Shown piece after piece: positions 10,601 to 21,224 of a stretch of 64,000 bases of DNA (the first letter of the stretch is position 1; the number at the start of each line of letters is the position of its first letter). The stretch spans positions 1 to 64,000 of the forward strand of contig NIVC01001033.1 in NCBI GenBank assembly GCA_002269645.1, read 5' to 3'. The stretch is from Macrostomum lignano (lineage: Eukaryota). The position numbers and the translations under genes are program-made. Below the pieces are notes generated by a model. It was given only the letters and a program-made list of their open reading frames with translations. It did not search any database and was not told the DNA's origin.

Positions 10601-10958
10601 CATCTCATAGAAAGATTTACACATCCATAATGAAACTTTTTTATGGGCTTACACTGCACTCACGACCAAGACCAAATTTGAGTCACTAGATCAATGTGAA
10701 AACTTACTTAGCTTAAATTTAATCATTATGATAATTAAAAAAAGCTTACCTAATACCTGCTCGTTTTAGGTACTCAAACACCAGAGCTGTAGTTTTGTTG
10801 CTAACAGCAGCTTTGCCAGCCAATTCGTTCACTTTAGCAGCATTGTTAGCCGTGATTCGCTCCTTGGCATGCATCACGCATAGGCCTGGCTGACCTTTCA
10901 CAGAATAGATTATCTTAGTCTTGCCCTCCGATAGCTTCTCATCTTTGTTGATTTCCAT
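4622..10958 (-). CDS. PAICS: Bifunctional SAICAR synthetase / AIR carboxylase (PAICS, Ade2-type), 427 aa
   Basis: Exons 10958-10750, 10356-10005, 5805-5497 and 5035-4622 (1284 nt, canonical GT-AG, phases consistent). Motifs EGKTK, [85 protein letters not shown]. Confidence 0.97.
5090..5470. repeat. 33-bp minisatellite filling PAICS intron 3
   Basis: GACAATAGACATCAGCACCTGAAGGAACCCTAA, about 11 variant units. Confidence 0.92.
5899..5960 (-). other. Degenerate 28S rRNA-like segment (R2 / I-CeuI / I-PpoI target region) in PAICS intron 2
   Basis: Minus strand GGTAAACGGCAGGAGTAACTTTAACTGTAATATTAGGGCTAAATGCCTCGTCATCTAATTAG matches the conserved 28S GGTAAACGGCGGGAGTAACTATGACTCTCTTAAGGTAGCCAAATGCCTCGTCATCTAATTAG at 50/62 ungapped (28S consensus recalled from memory). 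Confidence 0.8.
6007..6097 (-). ncRNA. Box C/D snoRNA copy 1 (double guide; predicted 18S Gm436 and Am468 equivalents)
   Basis: ATGATGA box C, GGCTCCCTCTT-CTGA (D'), TATGAAG (C'), TGCTGCCTTCCTT-CTGA (D). Confidence 0.85.
6168..6258 (-). ncRNA. Box C/D snoRNA copy 2
   Basis: GTGATGA ... CTGA with both 18S guides intact; external stem AGCACCA/TGGTGCT. Confidence 0.9.
6292..6455 (-). ncRNA. Box H/ACA snoRNA copy 1 (H box degenerate, ACAATG)
   Basis: Two-hairpin fold homologous to the other copies; ACA three nt from the 3' end (ctgACActt). Confidence 0.65.
6588..6676 (-). ncRNA. Box C/D snoRNA copy 3
   Basis: Boxes C, D', C', D and both guides intact; external stem AACACCT/AGGTGTT. Confidence 0.9.
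6860..6950 (-). ncRNA. Box C/D snoRNA copy 4 (D' box variant CGGA)
   Basis: Same sequence family; D guide intact. Confidence 0.87.
6977..7146 (-). ncRNA. Box H/ACA snoRNA copy 2
   Basis: Hairpin GGCTG...CAGCC, H box ACAATA, hairpin GTTTGC...GCAAAC, ACA box. Confidence 0.78.
7223..7311 (-). ncRNA. Box C/D snoRNA copy 5 (both guides mutated; possible pseudogene)
   Basis: Boxes intact, but the D guide has a mismatch at -4 and the D' guide is altered; the 5' flank is interrupted by a transposon at 7320. Confidence 0.75.
7320..8474. mobile_element. 1.15-kb non-autonomous DNA transposon, CMC/EnSpm(CACTA)-like
   Basis: TIR CCCGTTGGA / TCCAACGGG, 3-bp TSD AGA (7317-7319 and 8475-8477), and many subterminal AGGTGCAC-type motifs in opposite orientation at the two ends. 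Confidence 0.75.
8556..8647 (-). ncRNA. Box C/D snoRNA copy 6
   Basis: GTGATGA ... CTGA, guides intact; external stem TAACAC/GTGTTA. Confidence 0.9.
8692..8857 (-). ncRNA. Box H/ACA snoRNA copy 3
   Basis: H box ACAATA, ACA box (ctgACAgat), both hairpins conserved. Confidence 0.78.
8946..9036 (-). ncRNA. Box C/D snoRNA copy 7 (D' box variant CGGA)
   Basis: Near-identical to copy 4. Confidence 0.87.
9063..9232 (-). ncRNA. Box H/ACA snoRNA copy 4
   Basis: Near-identical to copy 2; H box ACAATA, ACA box. Confidence 0.78.
9311..9402 (-). ncRNA. Box C/D snoRNA copy 8
   Basis: All boxes and both guides intact. Confidence 0.9.
9434..9598 (-). ncRNA. Box H/ACA snoRNA copy 5
   Basis: H box ACATTA, ACA box (cagACAttt); 5' pocket TTGGTG / TTCTGC. 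Confidence 0.78.
9730..9975 (+). mobile_element. tRNA-derived SINE, family B
   Basis: tRNA-like head (TGGTTAGAGC...GGTTCGATTC), body TGTGTCCCAGAACAAGACACTTAA, and a tail shared with the minus-strand copy at 30912-31116. Confidence 0.75.
10400..10606 (+). mobile_element. 5'-truncated SINE, family A, in PAICS intron 1
   Basis: Homologous to the 3' two-thirds of the full copies at 14728, 42213 and 59679. Confidence 0.8.
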
Positions 10959-12174
10959 TATTTGCTGTTTTATGATTGTAAAACTGAACTTTCAAATATT
11001 AATAATGAGCTTATAAAGCATGAATAGATTAATAAGGTATGCCATTACTGTTGAATCTTCCTACTACACAGTAAATAGGAATTATCATAACAAAAAACAA
11101 AAATTAGACTTTATATATGTCCTGCTTAGCTTTGACTGAAAACTCAATTGGAATAAGTTTCAAAAATCCTATGCATGCACAACATAGATGCAAAAAGTAG
11201 CCTAAATTTGCAACACAAGACAAAAAAAGAAAAAATGCAACATGACACAAAAAATAACAATTTGAAAAACAATAAAACATGACAGAAATGCCAGATAACA
11301 ACTAATACAAAAACCTAGAAAATAAAGTGAACATTCTGAAACTCTATACTCAAATTCTCAACCAACACCTGTATATTATTATTCTTGAAGTGTTATACAT
11401 GTGCCATGGCTTTGGCACTACTACCTATCAACTATGACATGCCGCAACAGTGGAAATATGAAAGATTGCTATGCTTTTTAACTCTGCCATGCACTACAGG
11501 AAAAGCATTGCAGACAAACCTTGATAGGCTATTTGCTTGCAGGCAAATCTTGGTTGGAAAAGCTGAGTGGTCAAATCTTGAGAGGCAAATTTGCTGCGGG
11601 CAATTGTTATCAACCCAAAAATAACACTGGCAATATTTACATATGGTACCATGCAAATAATGAGTGTCAACTAATTGTCTAGAAACCTTTTTCCTAACAT
11701 ATACTAATAGCATTCTCACTTAGTTCTGGTAGCATTATGTATAATTTTGGCCTGAGCAATATATAACTAACTATTATTACTACTGATATATATGATATAT
11801 GTATTTTTTCTAGTCCTTGTATTGCCAAGATTAGAGGATCATGGCATCAATATTTTATAAGTAGTGCCAAAGATCTCCTTCATTTTCTCTCTTATATGGT
11901 CTACTTAACAATAGTATATACTATATGCATTTCCCTCTACTTTGTTGCAAAAAATGAATGAACTCAAAAAACACTTTCTGAAATATTTCTTTGGAACTCA
12001 TTATTAACATTTTTCAATTACTTGATAAATTGCTTTCAGGCTCAATACAAGTCAAGTTGCCTCCTCTTGCTCCAAAAATGTGTCTATTTTAGTATTTATA
12101 TTTTTCTTGACTATTTAAAACATTAAATTGGGAAAATTTGGAAAATATGAGTAGTTTTTCTACAAAAAGTTTTC

Positions 12175-13630
12175 TTATCTGATTGTCAGGAAAGTTCTTT
12201 TATATTCTGGAACATTCAATGTAATGTGCATATAAATAGTAGTGTAGTGTGCATAAAAAACTACAATAGATAAAACACATTCTTTGCTTGACTTGATCTG
12301 AAATGGTAAAAGATACTCTATTCTCAAAAGACCTGCTAGCATATGCTGCTTCTCATGATTATCACTCTGGCAAGAATGCAAGCCAATTGGCCACTGAAAT
12401 CAATGCTATATTTGGTGCAGGAACCCTCACCTATCAGACTGCCAACAATTGGTTCAGGCGATTCAAAGATGGAGATAAGGGCCTCAAAGACAAGCCCTGC
12501 AGTGGCTGGCCAACAGAGCTCAACAACGATGCACTTGAGCAACTGCTTTAGTGGGACACCTGGCAGACTATGCATGAGCTGGCCATGCAGCTGGGTGTAT
12601 ATCACTCCACTGTTGCTGACCACCTTTACCATCTGAACAAAAAGCCAAAGCTGGGATATTGGGTGCCCCACCAGCTGACTGCCACTGACATGGACTGGCA
12701 CATTGAGGCTGGCCTCACCATGCTCTCCCAATCCTGCCATCCAGATTGGCTAGATGATGTAGTAAATGGTGCCTCTATGTCAACTACTGATGCAAGTGAC
12801 AATGGGTTGATTCTGATGCAAAGCCAGAGTGAGAGGCCAAGGCTGAACTGTACCCCAAAAAGGTCATGCTTTTAGTCTTCTGGGACATGAAAGGAACAGT
12901 GTTGCCACTTGGTATTGACTTTAAAGTTTCCTCCACAAGAAAAAAACTTTCCTCCAAAATTTCTCGCTTTGAAATGGATGTTTTGGTGCTTTTTTATTAG
13001 CTGAGCAGTCTATTTTGGCAGTCTTTGCCTGACTGTTTCTAGATTTTTTCCTAAAAAGTTCTAATTCACTTAAGAAAAAAGTTGCATTTTTTGCTAGGCA
13101 CTTGCACCTAATTTTACTTAAAGCCATTTTGGTAGGACTATATATTACATTTATAAATTATGTTTCAATGATAGATCCCCAAAATGCAAATGAATACAGT
13201 TAAGGTTTTTGAACCTCAGACTATTTTAGTACAGCCTAAAAAAGAGGTAAGTACATACAATTACAATATTGACTGAATAGAATAGCAAGCCTAATTGAAA
13301 CATTAAAAAAGTACAATGATAAATTTTATTACAAGATTTTGCAGAAGATTGAAAATTTTAACAAGAGCAGACAAGAAACTTACGATTTCCTCTGAAATTC
13401 ATAAAATTCTTTGAAGGAAATTCACACTTGATAAAATTTCTTCCAGCCCTCAAATTTTCCCCAATTTCCTTGTAGAGGAAATTTCCTCTGAAGTGGCAAC
13501 ACTGGAAAGGAATCATAATGTGGGAGCTTCTGCCAAAGAACAAGAGCATCAATGCTGCTTTCTACTAGGAGCAGCTTGAGCACCTGCAGCAAAAGCTGGC
13601 TGAGGTACACCCTGAACATTTTGAGAGACA
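12175..13630 (+). mobile_element. Degenerate mariner (Tc1/mariner) transposase remnant, split by a hAT MITE
   Basis: NWFRRFKDGDKGLKDKPCSGWPT, ELAMQLGVYHSTV, KLGYWVPHQLT, HPKKVML..FWDMKG | IIMWELLPKNKSINAAFY*EQLEHLQQKL; stops and frameshifts. Confidence 0.9.
12897..13504. mobile_element. 608-bp hAT-type MITE inserted in the mariner transposase
   Basis: 12-bp TIR CAGTGTTGCCAC / GTGGCAACACTG and perfect 8-bp TSD GAAAGGAA (12889-12896 and 13505-13512); removing it restores WDMKGII. Confidence 0.9.
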
Positions 13631-13631
13631 T

Positions 13632-15180
13632 TTTGTGGTACAATTTGAAATGCACAGCTTCAGCTATCAAGTCAAGTGGCGCATTTATTAGCAATAAGAA
13701 CGAGCACACATGTCGCCCAGTTGGGCAACCATTGATATGGCAACTGATTGTTCAGGAAGCCTGCGATCAAGCTTAGCAGGAACTTTTTAGGCCTGCCACT
13801 TAAATTGCCAAACAATTTCTGCTATAGAATGAAGGCAGCTTAAGATGTCTGCCTCAGTTGCCAACAGTGGACCAGCTGGAAAAAGCTACAAATCGAGCAC
13901 GAGTAGCACAACACCCACAGGAACCAAGAGATCTGGAATTTCAACTTCAAGAAGATGCGCTGCCAGATGACCTCCTTCAAAGAGATGTCTACATTAAAGA
14001 GAATAGTAGGCGCCACTTCATATTTGCAAGCCAATGTCAACTGCAGCTGCTGGGACATTGCAAGGAGTGGTTAGGCGATGGAACCTTTTTTTGTTGTGAA
14101 GGAGCCCTTTCTACAGCTCTACATCTTCCATGGCAATGTACGCAAGAATGAGTCAGTCAAACAGATACCACTGGTCTACATTTTGATGTCCGGAAAGAGC
14201 AAGCAAGACTATCGACATACACTGCAAGCTCTCAAGGATATGTTTCCCAAGTGCCAACTGTCAAGCATTGTGCTTGATTATAAAGCTGGAATATGGAGAG
14301 CTGCTAAGTCTGTCTTTCTGGCAGGTATGAAACTGCTTGGGTGCAGTTTTCACTATTCCCAGGCAATTTGGTGACATATCCAGTCAATGGGCCTGCAGCT
14401 AGCCTATGCAAACAAGACTATATGAGCCTTTTGCCACAAATTGATGGCATTGTCGTTTTTGCCAGGCAATTGTATGCATGCTGCATTCACTGAGCTGCAG
14501 CAGACAATCCAGAACCAACAATTGCGCAAGCTCTGCAAGTATGTTGCCAACACATAGCTCAATAGCACAGTCTGGCAGTTGGACAAGATCAGCATCTTCC
14601 ACAGGAACATCAGAACAGCAATGGGCCTGAAGGCTACCATCATTGCCTTAACCAAAGGGCACGGGATGGCAACATGGGCTTCTGCAAGCTTGCCTTGCTC
14701 CTTTACGATGAAGCAAGGGTAGCCACTAGAGGGGCTGTAGCCCAGCAGTAGCGTAGCTGCTTTGGTGTGCCAGCAACCCAGGCTTGATTCCAAGTACAGT
14801 CACATTAATTTGGTGCTAAATTGGAATCAGCTTGGCTCTGCTTGTGTAATTAATGGCCTTGAGAGCCAACCCCCCAAGGCGCAGTGAAGTGTACATGCCT
14901 AACAATAAAATAAAGTTAGGGCTGCTGTACACTCTTGTGTGAGTGTATGCCTGCGCACGTATCCGCCCACTTGTATGCCTGCTCAGGGGAGTCGGCGGAA
15001 TGGGCAATAATGCCTTTTGCCAGTTGTGTGCCCATGTTGCTTAAAGTGCGCCAGGGTGCACACAACCCTCCTGCCTCTAATAAATAAGGGTAGCCACTCT
15101 CCACACTAAGCTGGTACCTTAGGAGCAGCTTAGCCGCTACTAGAGGCTTGCCCAGTGCACTAAGGAGGCCAAGTTGATGC
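13632..15180 (+). mobile_element. Degenerate MULE (Mutator-like) transposase remnant, interrupted by a SINE
   Basis: FLYWCH-like ...NEHTCRP, then KEWLGDGTFFVVKEPFLQLYIFHG, QIPLVYILMSGKSKQDY, IVLDYKAGIWRAAKSVF, LLGCSFHYSQAIW; frameshifts and stops. Confidence 0.85.
14728..15085 (+). mobile_element. Full-length tRNA-derived SINE, family A
   Basis: Head GGGGCTGTAGCCCAGCAGTAGCG...GGCTTGATTCC, tail CCTCTAATAAAT; 13-bp TSD AAGGGTAGCCACT (14715-14727 and 15086-15098). Confidence 0.9.
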
Positions 15181-18100
15181 ATTATTGGTCTAAGTACTAA
15201 GTAGGTACCAAAACAACAGCTCAATTACTAAGTGCTGCGGCCAAGTATAAAGTTACCAAGTGACTAATTGCTTTTGTGAGCATCGTGTAACTATGAACAA
15301 AGCATGAATATTTACATTTTTACAGTGCTATAGTATATTATCATCACCGCTACACATAGAGAGAGTTGGCTCCTCTTCCGCATCTAGGTCAACATTCCAT
15401 AGTCCATTGAACCGATCATAGTGACTTGAACTGTTACTGGCTTTGTCTCTACTTGTCTCTATTAGGTACAGCATTATCTGATTAAAAAAAACTATTTTGG
15501 CCATCGAGCTTGAATTTCAATCAAGTCTAATAATTGCTCCCTTAGTTATTGTTATCAAAATATTTGACACTTCATTATATGTGTAAATTGTTGTTGATTG
15601 TGGGCTTCTCTGCTTAGTCAATGCCCCTTAAGCTCTATTGTTCTGTTTGTAGTTAAAAATTTTGTATTGACAGAGTTATACTGTATAATTGTTTGTATTT
15701 GAATGAGCTATAACTTTTAAGTATATGTACTTGTTTTTGCTTCAATATATTATACTTTGTTTTTTAAAAACAATTATTATACATACTTTACAAGCGATAC
15801 TTGCATTTTAGTGTAGCTATATTGTTAAATAGCTATTTGCAGAACATATCTTAATATATGTTCTGCAAATTGCTTTTGTTTTTAAATCAATTTAGACAAG
15901 CTCCATATATCACAAAAATCCACAAGTTACTCAAGTTACAAGTTACTAACTTCTAAAAAAAATTATGCATTAATAAAAAAATCCATCATTATTTTATAAA
16001 AACTTGGCAATACATATGGTCATCTTTTGGCATTACCAAAATGTCCTGGAAAATGTTACCAAACTGTCTTAAAAATGTTACCGAACTGTCTTTGCTATTA
16101 CCAAACCGTCTGTTACTAAATTGTCTGTTACTAAACTATCCTATATTCAGTAGTATCAGTACATATACAAAACTAAACACAAACAAATGCACACTCCTAG
16201 CTAGGGCCTATGGGGATAAGCTGAAAATTAATGACATGGATCTGTATGGATAAAATTGGAATTATTGACACGAATAAATAGACTTGAATGGTGGCAGCTA
16301 GTTCAATAAGCTGCCGTGGGGATAAGCTGGAAAGTAGGCCCTATTGACAATTGACATAGATCCATGTAGATAAAATTGGAATTATTGGCATGGGACCATG
16401 GGGATAAGCACTTCCATGTAAAAAAAGTAATTAAGAGCAATGGATTCGATCTACTACTAGGCCTAGCTAGGATGATTTTTTGTAGGCCTATCAAAGATGT
16501 GCAGGCACAGCCTACCCTTACAGGCTAGGCCTAGCCTAAGCCCTTAGCCCTAAGGGCTGGTTGACAGTCGTTTCGTCTGCCACCAGTTCGTCTGCCACCC
16601 TTTCGTCTGCAAGAATACGATACAGTCGTTTCGTCTGCCAACGAATAGTAAAGTTTTAATAAGTGTAAGTATGTCAGTTATTGTCATTAATTTGAGATTT
16701 GAGATATTTGAGATAACAGTGATTAAGATATCGGGAACATTTCTTAGTAGTAATGACTTAAACGAGTAATTTCTGAAAATTTTTGTTTATATTTAATAAA
16801 CTACGCAATTGAACGAATTCAATGCATTTTTGTCATGATATGGCATGACGCCATACTATCTCTTAACCGTCTCAAAGCTTCAAAGCTCAAAAGCAATTAG
16901 TCGAGTTAGAATTATTTTACTTATCAGAATTTGTTTACTTTGTATTGGACAATACCGAAGATTCAGTGTATTTAAATGCACAAAGTGTATAGCGGCAGTA
17001 AGAATGTATACATGTTACTGTATAAAAGAATAATATGAATATTATGAACAACATGATAGCAAACGACGCAGTTGTCCATAAAAATTTGATTGAAATACGA
17101 AGTAAATGGTTGAATTATTTGACTTCCGGTTAGACGCGCACAAATTATAAATCCCATTCGCAGCTCACTACGTAGATTCAATTAAAGCTTATACGGATAA
17201 TTGTATTTCTTGGAAACATTGCAATAAGCAAAATAAAAAATACAAATCTAATTCTAAATCTGAAAATAACTTGTAAATTCTAACTATTAAAATATAAACT
17301 AGAAATTATTTCAGCTATTTATAAAACTTATTTTGCTGCTTATTTTAAAAAGTCGTTTCGTCTGCCGGCAGACAGTTTCATTTGTATCGTATTCTATACA
17401 TTTTCCAAGTCCAATAAATAAATAAACACCAAAATTGAAATACTACTACGCATGTGACAGCTACGAACTAAGTACTGTACTGTGAAGTTCACAGAAGACT
17501 CATCACTCATGCCTGCAGTGCATTGCAGGCTGTTACAACTTACAACAATGGACTTACTGAATTATACCAACTCCTTTTCTCTACTTTTTGGATAGGCTAT
17601 CTGAGAGTTGACGAGTTGATTGGCGGCAGCTACGGCAGTAGAGCGTGCGCAGTTTAAAAATATTTACTGATTATAATTAGTGAAACAAAAAATCACTAAA
17701 ACTGTAAAACCTTAGGCAGAAATCAAATTGAATTTATTTTAAATATAGATTTTATCTACGTATTAGTATACCTAAGTGTATAGGCAATATTATTTTTAAA
17801 AGAAAACGTTTCTTGAACAAGTTTGATTTTTGCGATTCACCGAAACGTTCTAAGTTTAAATATCGATCTTCTAAATGTCTTCTTTAGACGTTCTACGTCT
17901 ACGTTTCTACATGCGTAAAATAGGGTATGCCACAAATGAAAAAAGAGCTCTCCGGAGTAGCAAAAATTTACGATGTCATGTACAGTTAAATTTATTTACC
18001 TGAAATATATAACATGTTTATATACAGGTATAGCAGTAAAGTACTGAGTCTGCTTCTGATTCCCACCATCACGATTCACATCCTTGGTACGGGTTCTTGG

Positions 18101-19650
18101 CGCATTTCTGCAGAAAAGTCTCTATTTCTATAGAACAAAAAAAAATTCTATTTAATGAGCATTAGACCATAAGTCGTTAGATGTCAAAAGTTGCTGATTT
18201 TTTGTCCTTTTTAGGCCTCCAAACAGTATATTTACACGTATACAATTATCGCCAAATATTATAAGCAATCCTTTTACTAAATATTATTTCGTAAAAACTG
18301 CAAAAAAAATCCTATATGCTCTTTCAAATATTATATTTTATACAATTTTGTTATTACCTGATTAATATCTATATAACTTATTTTTATAACCTATAGGCTA
18401 AACTGTTTTGCGCAATATTGCTAAGGCCTAACTACATACATAAATTTCACGCAATAATTTTTAACTCCCTGCTTTTTCTTTCACCTCATTAGTCGTCCAA
18501 AGTTTCGTCAACAAAATTTACGCGTTATTTCAAATACCATATTGCAAAACTGGTACTTTGTAATTGTAATCGTAGTAAATAACTAATGCTAAAATATTGC
18601 CTTCAGAGTTCCGAAAATAATCTTAAAATACACAGAAATATATTGGCCAAACAGGCTTCTTGCCTGAGCCAACTTACTACTAGTACTACTAGGCCTACTT
18701 TCTAAAAAGGAAGTTAGTAGGTCTAAAGTTCTACTGCTGGGCCTCTAACTAAGCTTATTTGTTATTTAATGTTTAAAAGTGTATTAAGCCTACATTGTTG
18801 CATTAGTTTGAGCTTCTAAGCAAAATGTAATTTTTTGGCAACTAAGAATTTTATTTTATTTTAGTCCCTAAGGACCTTATCTCAAATACCAATTAGTATG
18901 ATTAAGTTTAGGAAAAAAATAGTCAGTTGTTATTGTTAGTGTTAGTGACAATAGACAAATACTAAATTTCTTTAAGTTTAGCCCCCCCCCTATGTTGATA
19001 AATTACTTGCAGTTTTGTTAGGAGCATAATTTTGTCTCTATAAAGTTTTTTAATGGTGCTGATTTTATCAACATAAACTTGAAGAAGTCCCAAATATTAT
19101 ATAAAGTAATGTGTATGGACTTGATACAATGTAAATTTCTAGTGGTTCTGTTCTTCTCAATTGTCATTGTTGTACCTTAGTGCCATAGTGGCTAGACCCT
19201 AGCTTCAACTTTACTTAATGATAATGTTGAATGAAATTTCTTCTTATAACTAAAGTAACTAAAGTTTCTTTTTATCTAAAGTAATTACTTAGATAAGCCC
19301 AAATAATAGGCCCTATAAGCATTTTTGCTTAATGTTTTTTTCAATAGTTTTTATTGTTGCTATTATGTCAATAACAAATGCAAGTCTTTTATTTTAATCT
19401 ATTGAACAAATATAATTTTCTAAATAAAAAAGTAAAGACTGGATGTTTTGTCATAATAAATTGGACTATTACTATTAGTAAAGGCTACATTGGGTACTAG
19501 ATAAGTACTTTATTTGGCAAATTGCAAGTTGAGCTAGGCTTATTTATTTTAATTTTTTGCATTTTTTGTAACAAAAACTCAACTTTAAGATAAAATGTAT
19601 TGTCCTAGTTATAATAAGATGTTTTATCATGTTAAATAAGTAAATGAGAA

Positions 19651-19947
19651 CATACATGCGCAACGTCCAAAATTCGGTCGGCCGTGCGACTTAGTTTTAA
19701 CAAAAATGCGATGTAGTTTTTGGCCAAAAATGCGACTTACATGTAAAAAAACCCTAAAGCAAAATTAACGCAACTTTGGATAAACGGCGGGAGTAACTAT
19801 GACTGTCTTATCAGGCAAAAATGCCTCGTCAGCTACTTAGTACTACTGCGTGGGTATTTTTTGGGTGGGCATTTTTGCGACTTCCTTGGTTGGCTGCCAA
19901 ATCAGTCGGCCGGATCGGCCGACTCGGCCGACTGTTGCGCATGTATG
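19651..19947. mobile_element. 297-bp MITE (hAT/P-type, 8-bp TSD) containing a 28S rRNA-like core
   Basis: Perfect 14-bp TIR CATACATGCGCAAC / GTTGCGCATGTATG; TSD AATGAGAA (19643-19650 and 19948-19955); 19778-19840 matches the 28S R2-site region at 51/63 with 24 nt perfect. Confidence 0.85.
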
Positions 19948-21224
19948 AATGAGAATACAATGAATTTTACAGGTATCTATATTAGATATATATAAAATAA
20001 CAAAATAATTTCTCCTATCACATAGTGGCCAAAAAGGGAGAGAAGTCAAGGAGCATATCTCTAGGCCATAGCTTTTAAAGTCACCTCTAGCTAAGGTGCT
20101 AGAATCAGTCAAAGCCTATCAGTATATCTCTTCATTCACCTTTGGTCTTGGCTATGCAGTCTTTGTAGCTTAAACAATAATATTTTATTTAATGGCTCAA
20201 GGTAGCAGGCCTCAAAATGGATAGCATGGCCAGCCAGCCAATAAAATTTGCAACTTATGCAACATGTTAGAAGGCTGTATCAGGCATGCCCCTGTATAGA
20301 ATATGACATTGGTCTCCCTGCCTGGACTGCTATGCTCTCTAAATGCTATATCTAACATCTAGCTGCATCTTTAAAATATCTATCAGGGTCTACTAAGTCT
20401 CAGCATTAAAGAATAAGATAGTCTCAATAACTGCCCAGAATAGCCACATTCTAAGCCTATTATCTAGGACCTTAGAATAGGCCCCTAAAGCACAGAGCAT
20501 ATAAAACACTATTGTTTAACACTATTAAATAAGTTTAACTTAGTTTTAGTTTTCAAATGACTAGGGCCCTAATACTGATAGCCATAGTCAGCTACACTAC
20601 TTACTATTACTACTACTACTAATACTACTACTACTACCACTAGTTTATATATTACTACACAGCTGCCAGTTGATCATGGCATACTCAGACTTACTTGGCC
20701 TTATTCAACTTAACTTGCCAATGTTTAGTATTGTCCTCTCTGACCTCCCTTGCATTTAGGCTTTATATATATATATGAAATATAGAGTTATATTGCATTG
20801 CTACTATTTAGAAAGATACCTTGCTTTTGCCAGTAATATTAGTAAGCCCTTTAATTATCCTAGCTAATACTGATACCCATTTATAGCTAGGTAAAGTAAA
20901 GCAATATAGAGTTAAGTGTCTTGCTTAAATAACACAATCCTATTGGGATTGGAAATTGAACCCCTGACCTTCAAGTTGCAAGTCTAATATTCCAACCACT
21001 AGGCTAAAACCCCCTTCACTAGGTTATTACCCTCTTGGTGTGGCCTTTGTGGTCAAACAAGAATTATATACCTGCATATTTACATATAGAAATGATCTTA
21101 TATAATTGAATCACATTAATAGGAAGAAGGGGCACTTTTTTACATTGCATTGCATTGTTTTTACTATATCAGTTGCTTCTTTTTTACTCTTGCTACAATA
21201 TAAAATATTTCAGAATTGACAAAC

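Noticed and set aside
11432-11719. Cys-rich minus-strand ORF (YLHGTICKYCQC...YFHCCGM)
   Set aside because: Possibly a decayed transposon protein, but there are no splice partners, stops flank it, and I cannot assign a family.
16565-17370. Repeated GTCGTTTCGTCTGCC motifs as transposon ends
   Set aside because: The copies are in direct orientation with no clear TIR pair or TSD.
5899-19840. True rRNA genes
   Set aside because: Only about 60-nt degenerate fragments with non-rRNA flanks; no rDNA unit.
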